From positions 15,252,001 to 15,316,000 of the forward strand of contig OZ365111.1 of assembly GCA_977030845.1 (NCBI GenBank): 64,000 nt of DNA, given 5' to 3'. Both the position numbers and the translations under genes were made by a program. Positions 11,299-25,095 of this stretch are shown here, piece after piece. Under the pieces are notes generated by a model that did no database searches, was not told where the DNA came from, and saw nothing but the letters and a program-made list of their open reading frames with translations. The first letter of the stretch is position 1, and each line of letters starts with the position of its first letter. This DNA is from Fimbriosthenelais zetlandica (lineage: Eukaryota).

Positions 11299-13899
11299 AC
11301 ATCAGAACTCAAGTCCGAACTAAAAATGAAGCTTTCCATGCTGAAATTGCTAAGAAATGACGGAATTTTTAGGTGTGACCTGGGAGATTTATAGGTTAGG
11401 ATATGAATTGAATTCCACTAATCCATATCGGTTACAATTTGGAACTTTCCAATGAATAACCGAGAGATAATCAGGGGTCCATTTCATTAGAATAGATGTG
11501 GCTTACATTATTCAATTCCTAATATACTAGGCCTAAATTAGACCTAGGCTATATGCCTATCTTATCTCTATGAAGGCCATGCCTGGCATAGGCTATAGGC
11601 CTAAGCTAGCGCCTGGTTGGAAGTGCCACTCTGTTTTACAACTTTTATTCTTTGGTTTCGTAATTACAAGAGATTGTTAAGTGCTTAGGATATAGGCTAC
11701 AAAGTCAACTTGTCAGGGTTAGGGTTAAAATTGCATCCAATTTCAATTAGGCATAGCCCTATTTTTGCTATAGACAAATTTTATGCATGTCTGTCTTATC
11801 CTATGAAAGCTAACATTACATTTTTAGACAATTTCATTCTATATGTACAATTTCCCCCCAAGTTCAAACCAAGGTCCTTTTAAGAAAACCTTAAGAAGCC
11901 GAGTCAGGAGCTGGGAAATGACGTTCTAGGCCGTGATCCCTGAAGTCAACAAGATTGCCATGCCAACGGACCAGAGACCTGTTGACATGGATCTTTTGTA
12001 AGGTTTTAAACAAGTCTCTCTTGTCTTGTTCCATCGTGCACAACAAAGTCTGCCTATAGAATCTTTGACAGGCTTTAGAAAACCTGCCTAGTTTTATACA
12101 CATGCACACGTGGGGTCTTGATATAGGGTAGAAGAAGCAAGTTTTTTTTATAATTTCAAGCGTGGCATGATTCAAATGCTTTCATTAAAATTGTATATGC
12201 CTATATCCCTATCAATTGAATAGGCCGACTTAAGACCTATATGGAGTAGGCCTACATTTTTTCGGCCAATATCTCCATGCAGCATTAACATTTTTCGGGG
12301 CAAAAATGGCTGATCTCACTCCAACTTTACCAAAATCCTGGATCCGCCGCTGAATTGTGTAAGTTTTAATTCGCATGGTGTCGTTTACAATTTAGATAAA
12401 AATATTTGTAGGCCTAATGTATTTTTGTTCAGATAATTATTTGCTTGTCATTAGACCATGCGGAGTTATTTTCACTTTATCTGTTCACATGCGTCTGTAA
12501 GTTTGAATGCATCTCTCCAATGTAAGTTTGAATCTAAGTCTGGTATACAGGTGAAGCTCAGGTGTTCTGACGGAAGCTATTGACCTGGGGGGCTGGAGGT
12601 GATAAATGACCAGAGGTGAGAAGATCCGTAAACATTTAGATAGTCACTGTGAACGGGGGCTTCTCTACACCCGGCCTGACGTGTAGACTGGCCCTAACTA
12701 GATAATAGCCACTCTATCTCACCCGGTACTCTACCTCTCTATTCTCTCTCTCTATCTCAATCTCCCTCCGTCTTTTTCTTTCTCTCTCAATTTCTCTCGT
12801 ATTCTCCCCTCCTATACCATGCCTTACTTGGTTTGCCTTTGTTTTTCCGTCTTTGTTTTCTGTGTCAATTTCTCCCTTCATTCGTCCCTATTAGTAGGCC
12901 TACTCCTAATATTTCACTACATGTTTTCTTCCAGCTCCAGCTGTTTTCTTCTCCTCTTTTCTCTCTAACTTTCTCTACTCCTCATTCTCTCCCCCTCTCC
13001 CACCTTTCACTCAAAACTCCCCCTTGCACTCCCCACTGAAACCACCGATCTTTTCTCCCTCTCCTCTCTCTCTCAACTCTCTCTCAGCTGATATATCCCT
13101 GGCGAGTGACAGCATTAATGGCCAGTGGTGGAGATAAAGAGATTTGGATTATCTACAATTGTATTTGCAAATTGGCTTTTAGCAGTAATGGATTCCCTGG
13201 TTTGATCTGGGTTGAATCCTGATACACAACAGATGACCTCACCCATGCAAAACACTTGGTACGTACCAATGAATATTAGCATGGTCAGATTTGTATATCA
13301 ATATCAATGTATGTTCATTTGTATATTATGATATATCTATACATTGATGGGCACTATATGCTACACAATTAGTCCACATCAGTTCTTATTTGAATTGTAC
13401 GGATATGCAGGAAAGATTAACTGTCAATCATAATTGGTTAATCTTATCGCCAATCTGTCAGATCGAAGTGTCTGAGATGTATGAAGGGCACCATTCAACT
13501 ACAATGACAGTTCAGGTATATCAATTTTTTTAATACCTCTGCCCTTCCTATCAGCTACTTTCCGTCCATCCTAAAGGAATTATCACAATTGGAGTACTTT
13601 TATCGTGAACTCTGTGGCCCAAGGCAATTTAATGCTCTACTTTCACGAACCTTTGAGTAATATATGGCATAGAATATTACAGCGAACTAAATGGCCTCAG
13701 AAAATTGTCACGTGAGGTTGTCGCTATGAAAACTGAAACAATTTCCCCCCAAAACTATAACAATATTTGTTTCTGAATTATATCAAAAATTATCGGTATA
13801 AAAGCGGATAAATTATACTGTCTTGAAGTTTTTCAACAATGAACTTAAACAATAAGAATTTTCACTTGGTACATTGGATGCATGAAAATGTCAACTTAC

Positions 13900-13903
13900 C
13901 CAT
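13900..13903 (-). CDS. Pax1/9: Pax1/9 exon 1 coding part (ATG G)
   Basis: The minus strand reads aagagtATGG|gtaagt, a consensus phase-1 donor. It joins exon 2 to give [14 protein letters not shown], the same ATG-G split as in vertebrate Pax9. Intron 7627-13899; protein 315 aa. Confidence 0.85.
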
Positions 13904-14829
13904 ACTCTTAATGGTGTGCCAAGTGTCTGGATAGGCCCAGTAGTCCAATTTATTCTCTTTGAATCCGTGCACATTAGAATACCCCAAACTAAAGGCACAG
14001 TCGTCCTGCTGGCCCTTAAGGGGGCTTCCCACTTTCTCCTCCAGGTTACTCGAGATTCACACTTCAAAACAGGGAAATTACACTGATTCACCACAATGTT
14101 TCTGGTCCTTAAGCTACCTCACTATTGATACCTCCTTCCCTTGAAATAAGTTTTTCTTGCTGAATTGATTTCCTTTTAGTGCAACGAGCGATCAGTGACA
14201 CTTCCTCCACGGTGTCTCTATGTGAGACAACATGTAGATATAAACAATGTCCTCAATTCAATCTTAGAGTAAAATGTTTACTCTAAGATTCAATCCAAAA
14301 TGTCTCGGAAACAAAACAGTCTTTGTCCGAGTTATGCAAAGTAAATGGTGTCTCCAAACAGCAAAGAAGTAGCGAGAGAACCTCTGAATGGAACCGGTAA
14401 TTGATTCAAGAGAAAAGAAATCTTGAGTAATAGTCCTTTGAAGTTAATAATGCTCTTTGGTTATACAGAGTAGAACTTGTACACATATGAGTTATGCCAA
14501 GTTGATGATATATGTAGAAAAGTTGCCAGTGAAGGATGTAATCGGCGGACAAGGGATGATAATGGTGAGAAGGTGTGGGTAGATGTGCACCTGAGCGAGT
14601 CGTGGCGAGAAGTGAGTGTGAGGGAGGTGGAACTTCTTGCCTCATAACCCTGGAGGCTGTGAGATAAGTGTATCTTATATATATGTGTACATGTGTATGT
14701 ATCCCCCTATACTGGTGGTTGTTGTTCTGCCTCTGGTGGGAGGAGTGTGGTGGTGGAGGTGGAGGTTTCGCCCCCTAAGTAAGCCCTCCCTGGTGTCGGT
14801 TAGTGGTGGTGGAGGAAGACCAAGGTTTT

Positions 14830-15010
14830 CTACTCACTCCCTCCCCTTCCTCTCTCTCTCTCTCTCCAGCTCCCCCTGCTTTCCCTCAGCTGCCAATCTC
14901 CGCTGTTACTTGACCGCCCTCTGCAGGTCGCGTTGAAGATTAATACTCCTTCTTGTCTTCTCATTGGTTCACAGTTCTGGCTGACGGTCTTCTTTGATGG
15001 TGTGTGGGCA
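14830..15010 (-). promoter_or_regulatory. Candidate Pax1/9 proximal regulatory region
   Basis: Minus-strand CCAAT near 14965 and a GA/CT-rich tract, ~1 kb upstream of the start codon. The assignment rests on position and composition only. Confidence 0.3.
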
Positions 15011-18000
15011 TGAGGCTCTATACCAATCGTCAAATCAGGGACACGGTTCCATGGACATTTCTTCCTCCAAATTTGGCCTCTTGTCTTGATTCACATGCTT
15101 GATATTGCATACAAATTGACCAGGACGTTTGCCCTTATATTTAGGAAATTAATAGGTTATCGGAGGCTAGATTATAGAAAGAATTGCAATCATTTGGTAC
15201 CCCAAAACATGAAATCGTAAGATGGCAGATTTTGTGCAGTTGCTCGCCCTACTGCATGGTTGTTGGAATTTATGCATTATTGGCACCAAAAGTCCCCCGA
15301 CACTGTACCGTTAGATTTTTGGGAAACATGCTGGTCTCAAAACAATGATGCGCATTAATCAATAAAACATTTGTATTAAACTAAAGTAACTTATGAATAG
15401 CTTAGGCCTACATGTAATATTATAATATGATTTGAGACCATACCAAGTACCATACATTGGGCCCCTGCCCTTTCGCCGGGAAAATGATTATGCATATTTC
15501 CAGGAAGCATTCCTGGGAGTGTTTCATAAAAAAAAACATTTTTATGCTCCCTCCTCCCTCCCCCGTCTGTGATTGGTCTCTTGCTCCTAACTTTTGAGCA
15601 GCTGTCGATGAAGCCTCGCTAATAGAGTGAATCGGACCCCGGAGGGTGGGAGTGGGCTGTGAGCTCTTGGTTAGAGAAAACATGGCTGTTTTAAGCCTGT
15701 ATAGTGATGGGTAAATACACGGAGGCTGGCCGCCACCTATCACACACATGGCCACAGTTTGTTTCCTCAGCTCCCGTCGATAGACTCTGTGACAAGGCAC
15801 TGTAAACCTAACCCAGGTCCAATCAGAGGTCCGTTTTCTCATTATTAAACCCAATATATTAAAGGCAGAAAAATGATAGTTTTAATGGTTTAATATGTTA
15901 TATAGGAAAGATATATGAAAGATGGGTGATATAACAGAAAGGTGACGAAACTTGGATTCACTCATGGAATTTGAAATTGGTATAAGGATACATTTTCATA
16001 GACTGACCATTTCATTCTGATCACTTCCAAGAGCCCTGTCCGAGAGTATCAGAGATGCTGGGCCTTGAAGGGCCACGGATGGAGCAGCAGAGCCAGCCCA
16101 TGATCTGTAAAACATTCATTGCTACAGTGAGCAAAGCCACCCCAGCCTTTGGTCAGTCACCTGCGGAGTTACATGTGAGAAATCTAATGATGGGCTTTAT
16201 TTCTCAGTTGGCTTTTTGTTCACTTTGAACTTTGGAATGGTCATGCAGAGACCATATAACACTGCCGAAAAGATAAAATATATGCTGCATATTTTCTCCA
16301 CATTGGTGCAGGACTGGAGGCTATTCTCAGATATGCTATACGTTAGCAAAATTAATGGTTATTTAGTCTATATTGGCAGGGTCTCACTTTTCTCTTGAAG
16401 CTGATTCCTGAGGACAGTTTGGTTAGAGACAGTAATAGTATAATATTATAATATCGGACCAAACCAAAGTCCAAAGATTTTCCATTTTGGCAACACGTAT
16501 GTAATGTATATCCAATGGGATTTGTGCCCCCGGACTAATTTAAAGGAATCAAACTGGGATTTTGTGATTTTTTACAAATGATCTCTTCTTCAATCCCATA
16601 ATAAGGACACAGGCCTGGGGGCATATAAGGACCCTCATTTCTCTTCATTCTATCGGTTCTAGTCACACTTGACTGCATCTGCATCGGGGTTTGAATTTTA
16701 AAATATTGACCTTGGTTTGGGAACTTTTCAGCTAGCCCTCTCAATGCATGTATGTATATCCCTATAAAAAGGGTTTGGAGAAAGGCACCTGGGAGGGTTT
16801 GCCATAGAGGAACTGCTCTATGTGATCTTCCCTTCTCGCCTTTTGGTCGTTGTCAATAGGATTTGGAACGCTTCAGGCTCGGTTCTCCAGTCCTGCCTTC
16901 GAATTCCTCAGTGGCTTCTTTTCACGTGTCACAGACTTCCTCTGTATGATATAGTCGGGCCTTCACTCTATGAAAAGGCGAGAGGGGAATGCCTTGTTGT
17001 CGTACATGCAGCAGTCAACAAATAAGGCAAACCAAAAGAGTCAACAGCCCGCACAAATAGTCATTTGAGGAGGAACTGAATCGAGGAGAGGACAAAAATC
17101 GCGCCACCAAGCGCATTTTCAAGCCATGTTTTTCATTTCAATACAGCTTTAGAAGCGGGCAAAGACTGGGAAAGTCAATGTTGAGGCCTGGCTCTGTATA
17201 AGAGACGTGCATTGCCACCTTTTGGTAGGCAAACATGGCTGTGCCTCATTTGTCTGTGTTTGAGACACTCCACCATGACAACGACTTGGGTTTCTCAGGG
17301 TCGACTTTGCTCCTTGGATCAGGTCATTGCTGAAACCCTATCCTCCTCCACCTCCTACCATCCTCTCCCTCCTCTCTCCCTCTCTCCATCAGACCTCTTA
17401 CACTGCCGTCTCTTTCTCCCTCAAATTCACTATTTATCTTTCCCACTTTCAGTGCAATTTTATCCCATTCCATATAGATTATGTGAGAAAAGCTATGGAT
17501 ACATTTTCAGATGAGTTATATAGCCTGTAAACTCATTATTGAAGATGGCTCATACTAAAATCAAAAGAAACTTCATGAAGAAAATTCTCTGCGGGGCTCT
17601 GCTTTGCTGTGAGATGGGGACTACCGTTGCTTGGCCCTGATCGGTTCCGCTAAATTTCTTTCTGTAAATAAATATTGTATTCATTTTTGTTGGACTCTGT
17701 GGACATAAGGGCTTAAGCTGAGGGCTCATCTGACAGGAGGGGGTGGCAGGGGGAAGGAGACAGGTGTGTGGCCCTGGACAAGACTCCTCTTTCATGTTCC
17801 TCTTTTCTCCTCTATGCCATACCAGCATGGACAAGAAAGGTGAGAAGATTCTCCCCTCTACACCAATGGTTTATATATGGAAATTAGTTTTATATATGGA
17901 AATCAACTCAATGCAAATGTCATTTAGTCGGCCGTTAGTAACTGATAGCTATCAGCACTGCTCGTCATTTCATGAAAATGTCAATTATTATGCAAATAAC

Positions 18001-20348
18001 CTTGCACTACAATTAAACAGATAAACTTTAAAAACAAAAACATTTTCACTTACACGCAGGGCCATGTTATCTATTAAAAGTAACTCTCAATGAACGTTTT
18101 CTTATAAATGGCTGTGGACAAAAACAAGGATTCTATATGCGTGGGGGTGTTAAAATCAATAAGCTTGCTTTCCATTCTGAACATAACCTCTATAGCTATT
18201 TTTCATTCAAGGATGTCCCCCAAGTTTGATTTATGACATAATAATTCTGCTCTCATATCCAATATGTTGGCTTTGACATTTTTTAACCTGGCTGAGAGAG
18301 TTTGGCTATATACCTGACCCCCGTTCCATTTTAACGCCTTGAAGGCTGTGCTTGCACACCTGCAGGCTTTATATGATATATAGGTGTGTGGTGGTAGTAT
18401 TATATAGTGATGAGTTAACTTCATGCCTCATGGGGAACCATACAGGTGTTCAGATTGCAGCACCCTGATCCTCAGCTTTAAGAGTTTATCTATGGTCTCA
18501 ATCAACACACTGACATGAAAGCATCCACCGTGGTTTGCATACCAAAAATGCACATATTTCCACATATATTTGTCTTTTCCAAGATTGTCTTCAAGATATA
18601 CATTCAATTCCTATGATATATGCTTTACTCATGTAACCAAGCATGCATATATATACTGGCTTTGATCACAACCTTATCACTATTTAATTGTATTAGATTA
18701 TTAGCAGCATCATTTATAATTATTCATCCTTTAATTCAGACAAATTCCAACCTCTTAATTTGAAAGTATACTTTGTTTCTATTGTTATTTCCACACATCC
18801 ACCCACCCACCACCCATCCACAACGAAAAAACAAAAAACCCAAAACCCCTAAATTTGTGAATATGAAAACATATTAAGAAATCTCCTTATAGTCAATATT
18901 GCTATCGACAATATTGCTTTTTTTTCAATATTAATACAACTTTTTTTGCGAATGATATTGATGTTTAAAAAGCATTTCTGGATTTCCTATAATGTTTTTG
19001 TTTCAATTCAAAACCAAATCATTGACATTTATAAAGAGTTTGACTAGTCTCTAATGCAGACCAAGCATGCATACCAACTTTTCAACAGTTATGTCTTTGT
19101 CGGCCGACTACTATTGTGCAGACTCCGCATTCTGTCACGTCCAAGTATCACAATACAAATCAATATTTGGGTTTTAGCCTGTTCAAGAGAGGGCGATGGC
19201 CGCCAATAGGTTTACAATGTCTGTATGTTCAATACACTCTCTGTCCAGTGTCGACGCCATCACTCGACACCAGTTTTTTTCACCCTCTAATGATTGTGGT
19301 TGGTATTACAAGTTTTTGTCTGCTTCACATTCGCACATATCTGTGTGTATGACTGGGGGCTGTGTGCTCTGGGGCTGGGGGCACTTATCATCCTTTTTGG
19401 GATAGGTCCTTCAACTCTTACCAGCCTTTGGAAGATTTGGGAAGCAAAGGTGAAGTGTCGTTCAACCAATCATGCAAGAGTTTGAACTCATAACCTTGCA
19501 GTTAGAAAGGTGGCCGTCCAATCAGTCAACCAAGGTGTTACAGGAGGTATATTTGAGTGACCCCATGGTTCCTTTCTCCACAGAATGAGAAAGAGGAGGG
19601 AGAGAGAGAGGGAGGGAGAGAGAATGAGAGAGGAGGGTTTTACTCAGAAGTGTTTGTAGTATATCACGTATCTATGACAACACGAGCAGGCGGAGCTACT
19701 GGATCTAGATAAACTTGGGATTTGAGTTTTGAAAGAGAATCCATCCCCCGTTTTTTATCGGAGACCTTGTGCATCTTGTTTGTAAAAAAGTGGGAACACC
19801 TTCCCCTCCATGATGAATGCACAATAGAAGAATTATAACCCTGGACTTCTATTTCTGGTGTGCGACAAAAAGTCGGTGAATTGAAGACATATAATCTGAA
19901 GCTCCAGAGCATTCTATATACAGTGCGACAATTTAATATCTGAAATAGAAAAAAAACTTAAAAGAGAGCATTCAATGTCAAACTATTCAAGTTGTTTATT
20001 CATTAAATCCTCGAACATAACTTCTTCAGATCCATTTGAAATCCATGTTCTAAATGCAGATTATACATTTACTATGCATTGCACTATATAAATATACAGG
20101 TCCTTGGCCCTGCACTCTGGGAAATGAGCTGCTCATTGCAATGCTGGGGAGTGAATAAAAAGACTACATGATCACACACTTTTCAGTTTGTCTGTGATTT
20201 ATACTCTACCATTCTAATCTTAACAGATGCAAATAGGGACTGGTAACAGGCACATTGCCTGATACAGGCCTACTCCATTATCTCGATCCCAACTTGATAT
20301 CAATGACATACGTATGACATAGTTCCTTTCCCTGAATTTGTGTCATAT

Positions 20349-20421
20349 CTGGGGCCTGTTTCAGAACAACCATTAGCAATGCTAAGTCTATGGGAAATTT
20401 CTACGCTGAAACAGGCCCCAG
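20349..20421. mobile_element. 73-bp MITE remnant
   Basis: Perfect 16-bp inverted ends ctggggcctgtttcag / ctgaaacaggccccag. Confidence 0.7.
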
Positions 20422-22359
20422 GATTGTCAATAATATTAATCGCTCATTTGATATATGTTGTCTAGGCGGTGCGCGACTTTGGATTGAATACCTCATAATT
20501 ATTCATATCTAGCTATAACAAGCCTGAATATAATCATTACCTTTAATATATCAGGGACACTATAAAGTTTTTATATAATTATCAAAGCAATAGTAATCTA
20601 ACTAAATTAATAATTTAATTTTACTGCACCATTTAATGATTATTGCACTGGTATGTCACATATAGGCCAATAACAAGAAAACAAAACATAGAATCGCTGG
20701 ATTTTACCCAACACCATATTATGGATATATGATTTCCAAGTGTTGGGTATTGTCTTCATATTATATTAAAGACCATAGAGACTTAAAGCATGGTATTGTA
20801 GCGCACACTCCACCGACCATTTATGTGTAAACATGTATGCTCCCGGCCATTTGACCACCTGAAGCAACAAAAGACCACATAATAAGATAGATTCTATCCC
20901 AAACCTAAACAGACATCCTCAAATCTGTGTACCCGACACACCTGAGAGTTTGACAAGAACAATGCGATCATAAGCCCGGCAGAAATGCTGAGGATTCGGA
21001 TGATTCATCATTCTATTGACATACTGCAAGCCAGACTTTCATATATAAGACCTCCGCTGTGTATACGATAGGCATTTTGTGTATGTATTCCCGATATAAA
21101 TGTGCTTCCATTTAAGAGGTTCAAGATTTGAAACTTGTGAGCAGCCATAGTTCTTTCCATGAATATTCAAATAATATGTATTTCCTTAAAAGCATAAAAT
21201 GGAATCATGTAGGCCTACGCTCATTACGCATACTAAAGTAGAAATGATAAAGTAGCCTATAGGCCTATGCATGTGTAATGTTTATCATATCAAAATAATT
21301 AATTAAACACCTTAATTTAAAAAAATCTGAATGTTTAATAAAAAGAAAAAAACTAAACAGTGCCTTCAGTAAGAAACTCCGGGCGCCATTTTCCCCATAT
21401 ACTGTCTCATTAATTCTCGCGCGCTTTTCGCCAGCCGGAACATCCAGAGATTATTTATGGAAAATCCGCACCAATGCGCGTAAAAAATATTTATGAAACA
21501 ACCCCCGGTTTGGATCACAACTTGCGCTCATTGTCCGTCAGATCCCGCTCCCATGCTCCCACCACCTCAACAGCTCGCCACCTAAGAACAAAGGATTTAA
21601 AACACGGGGAAGTCCCAATCCCAGTCTCAAGTGTTTTGGTCTTGTCCTAAGTTGGCTTTTCTCTGAGCCTTTTTGTCGGTAAATGGCCTTCGACCAGGGC
21701 AGCTCAATACAGGTCTTTATTTTTTGCTTTCGTCTATTGTTCCCCCAAAATAATCCCTTAAAAATGATAATGGGAGGAAAGATTCTTCCCAGGTGTCCAA
21801 GAGGGACCTGGCTGACATTGAAGTGTAGACCTATGTTCTTAAAATGATCAACATTCCTCATGGCCTTCTCCCATCCCTGTATATTCTCTATTATAAAAAA
21901 GAGATAATGCAACAGTTATTCCTCAGAATAAAATATAGACCTAGCTAGGACCTATAATATATTATAGGCCTAATTCATGCAAGACATGGCTAATTTATCC
22001 AATACTTTAGGTTATTCCATTTTTAATGTCAAATATGTGAAGACTTTTGCAATAACTAAAATACTATAGGGCCTCCCTATCAAATATATAAATCGTACCT
22101 ATTATGTAAATTGAAAATTGGAGTTAATTGAGACCTTAAGTAGGCCTATAAATCTTTGGTGTATCCATCAGAAAAGAATTTGATGTATAGATAAATGTCA
22201 TTGCTTTGGAAAAGCATGTGATTTAGTTGCGACGCCTTCAAGGAAACCTTCTCTATATGATATTTATATGGGAAAGAGGGAGGGAATTATTGAAAGAGAT
22301 AGTTATAGATCAAGTTTCATTGGTCAAATTGATGCAAATTACTTCTCACTTTGCTCTGG

Positions 22360-22590
22360 TGCATCGCCGTGACGAAAACATGGCCGCTACATCCTCTCTA
22401 CTAGCGACATCAAAAACCAAACATTTGTTTCTCGTGATCGAGGGCCCTTCAAAGGCTAAATGGGAACAGCTTATGCGCCCATCAAGGACCGGGGGAGGAG
22501 ACCGCTCTGGACCGGCCTTCTCGGCGGGAGACCCCGGCCCTTGCCCCGGTCAAAGCTTTGAGGTATTGGCGGAGCGATTGAGCCCCACAG
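22360..22590 (+). promoter_or_regulatory. GC-rich candidate promoter / 5-prime exon of the Roco gene
   Basis: YY1-like aaaacatggccgc at 22376, a GC-rich body, and donor CAG|gtgaag at 22590. It is not in frame with the main CDS. Confidence 0.4.
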
Positions 22591-25095
22591 GTGAAGCTCT
22601 CATCTCTCTTTAGCACACGTGAATGTCAGGCTGGAGGTTAACCATTTTTAATAAAGTAATTGGCTCCCACTTTTATCCCGACTGAATTTGATCAAGGGGA
22701 TATTATTAGTTAATTTTGTTCAACATTTACTGAAGTCTAGGCTATGACTAGGCTATTTTTATGAAACGGCCGATAGATGGGAAATTTACGTAAGAGTGAG
22801 TCGCTTTATTTGCGAATTTGAAGATTAAAATTAAAACCGTTTGCGCAATACATATACAAAATGTAGGCCTAGTATAATTGTAATTTTTTGATTAGGCTAC
22901 ATTGATTAGGCGACTAGGTTCTGAACATGACGTAGTTGAAAATCTCTACATGTATGCAAGCTTATTGCTGCATTATGTTGTAAGATAAATAAGTTCAATA
23001 AAATATTAAAATAGGCATTTATAAATGTTAAAATTAAAGAGAAGGGTAATCCCCCCCCCCCCCCCCCCCCCCCCCCAAGGACCACGATTTACGCTACTAA
23101 AATTCATCAAAATATTTACATGACGTGGACTGGGTTGTAGAAGAAAATAATTGACATTATTTCAGTAAGTACTAACGATGCAGTTTTAATTTGCACTCTA
23201 TTTTCTTTAGTGAACTGAATTTGCACGGCATTTCTTTTTCACATACAACTGCTTTTGAGGGACTACACTTCCATCTATGACATTTTGGCTGGGACGGTAG
23301 CGCCCCCTAGTTTAAGAAAAGTTAAACAACCTAGCCCCTGTAGCATACCTGCGGGCCACCTGGTAGAATTTAGCTGAACTAGGCCTGCTATAGGCCTACC
23401 ACCAAACATGTCTGAACGTGGTAACCAGGTAAACAACAGAGCTATAGGTGGAATGAATGGATTTCCATTTATAACTGTGGATATCATACCTACGGTGTAA
23501 GAAAAATATAGGCTTACCAGTGAATCAATTCTTCCCAAGTGACTCTTCCCTGTTCAAAAGGTGGGTGTCCATGAGGCATTTCTTGATAAATTAATATTTA
23601 CCTGAATGTAGTAGCCTACATCAGGTATGGTATTATTGTAACATTTCATGACAAACTTGCCCCAGTGGTTCAGGGTCAAGTAGGCTATTGCCGGTCAGTG
23701 CATGATGTAGGCCTATGATGAATTGAAAGAAATGGCTGCAACTGGAATTTAGTAATGGTACAGAATTCTACAGGTCTACTCGCTGGTATGATTGATAAAA
23801 TCCACTCAGAAATATATATACCCATATGCACTGGAGAAAGATCATAAATATTGAGATATAGGCCTACTATATATATATGTAGGCCTACAATTTCAGCGAA
23901 TCTCCTTAAAAAGTAATTAAGAATATCATGTTAAAAAGCTACACATTTTTTGCTACTTTCAGATTTCAATACACTTAAACTTAAAAATATCAGTGGGTGT
24001 AACATAATAATTATGTTACCCGGTATGTGCATACAATGTATCCATATACAAGTATAACAATTCTCTATAGATTACATAATACATGTACCGTAATTACTTT
24101 AATATGCCTATGTTTGTCAATACTGGAGTATAATCTATGGAGCATGGAACAGGGCCCAGGGACTATTTCAAAAGAGAGATGCGCACCATGCACTCATCCG
24201 TGACCTACTGTATAATTATGGCAGTTGCATTGCAATATCTTATGAAACGAACCCCCTAGGTTGTAGATTAATATAGAAGGGGATGAGGGTCCAACCAGGC
24301 ATCAATCGATGCCTTTAGACTTAAGTGCTAAAATTTAACAAGCTTTTAACAATTTAACAAGCTAACCCTCCATTTCTTGTTCCCTCTGTCTTTCACACTC
24401 GGAATGATCTTGAATTCATCACTTCCTCCATCGATTCATTCGTTCATTCATCCATTCCTTCGTTCAGGACTTCCTCCCTCCCTTCCTCCCTCACACCCTT
24501 CCTCAATTCATTCATTCATTCATGCATGAATCATTCGCCCTCTCACTGAGCTTACTCTGACGTGCATGCAACTTTGGTTGCGATTTCAATCGATCGCTCG
24601 ATTACCAGCCATCTATACTCCACATACAAGGAAGGCTGGCTTGCTCTCACCTTAAATAATTAACGGGTATTATAACAGCTGACCTACCTTGTATATGTAT
24701 ATAATCTACAGGATTCCAACTTTCTGCAAACCCTTATAAATCAGTTAAAAGAAAAGGAAACTATTTTTTTAAATTCCTAAGTAATATCGGGTACAGTTTT
24801 TAACATGGCTGGAGGGATAATATAACCATTTTTATAATTAGAGTTGATAACTAAGGGAATAGGTTTTTTTATCAACTCTAATTTTTATAATTTAGTATGC
24901 ATAAGAAAAGAAAATTATGAATTACAGTATACAGTATTTTTTTTTATTAATGTTACAAAATGATACTAAGTTGAAAAACATTGTTTTGTGCACTTTTTTC
25001 ATGCTTTTAAAGATAATCTCTATGTCTATTTCATATATATGACCTTGGCTGAACGCATATGAATAGGCAAGAGTTTCTGTATACATCAAATCAGG

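Noticed and set aside
14100-22300. Numerous 60-144 aa ORFs upstream of Pax1/9
   Set aside because: They are low-complexity or random-looking, with no recognisable domains or phase-consistent exon chain.
22227-22613. 128-aa ORF as first coding exon of the Roco gene
   Set aside because: Neither available donor (22562, 22590) joins in frame with the MKKAAPAKK exon. It is kept only as a uORF hypothesis.
23050-23076. Long poly-C run (also 55941-55972) and poly-T at ~41740-41766
   Set aside because: Simple homopolymers with unreliable lengths and no functional evidence.
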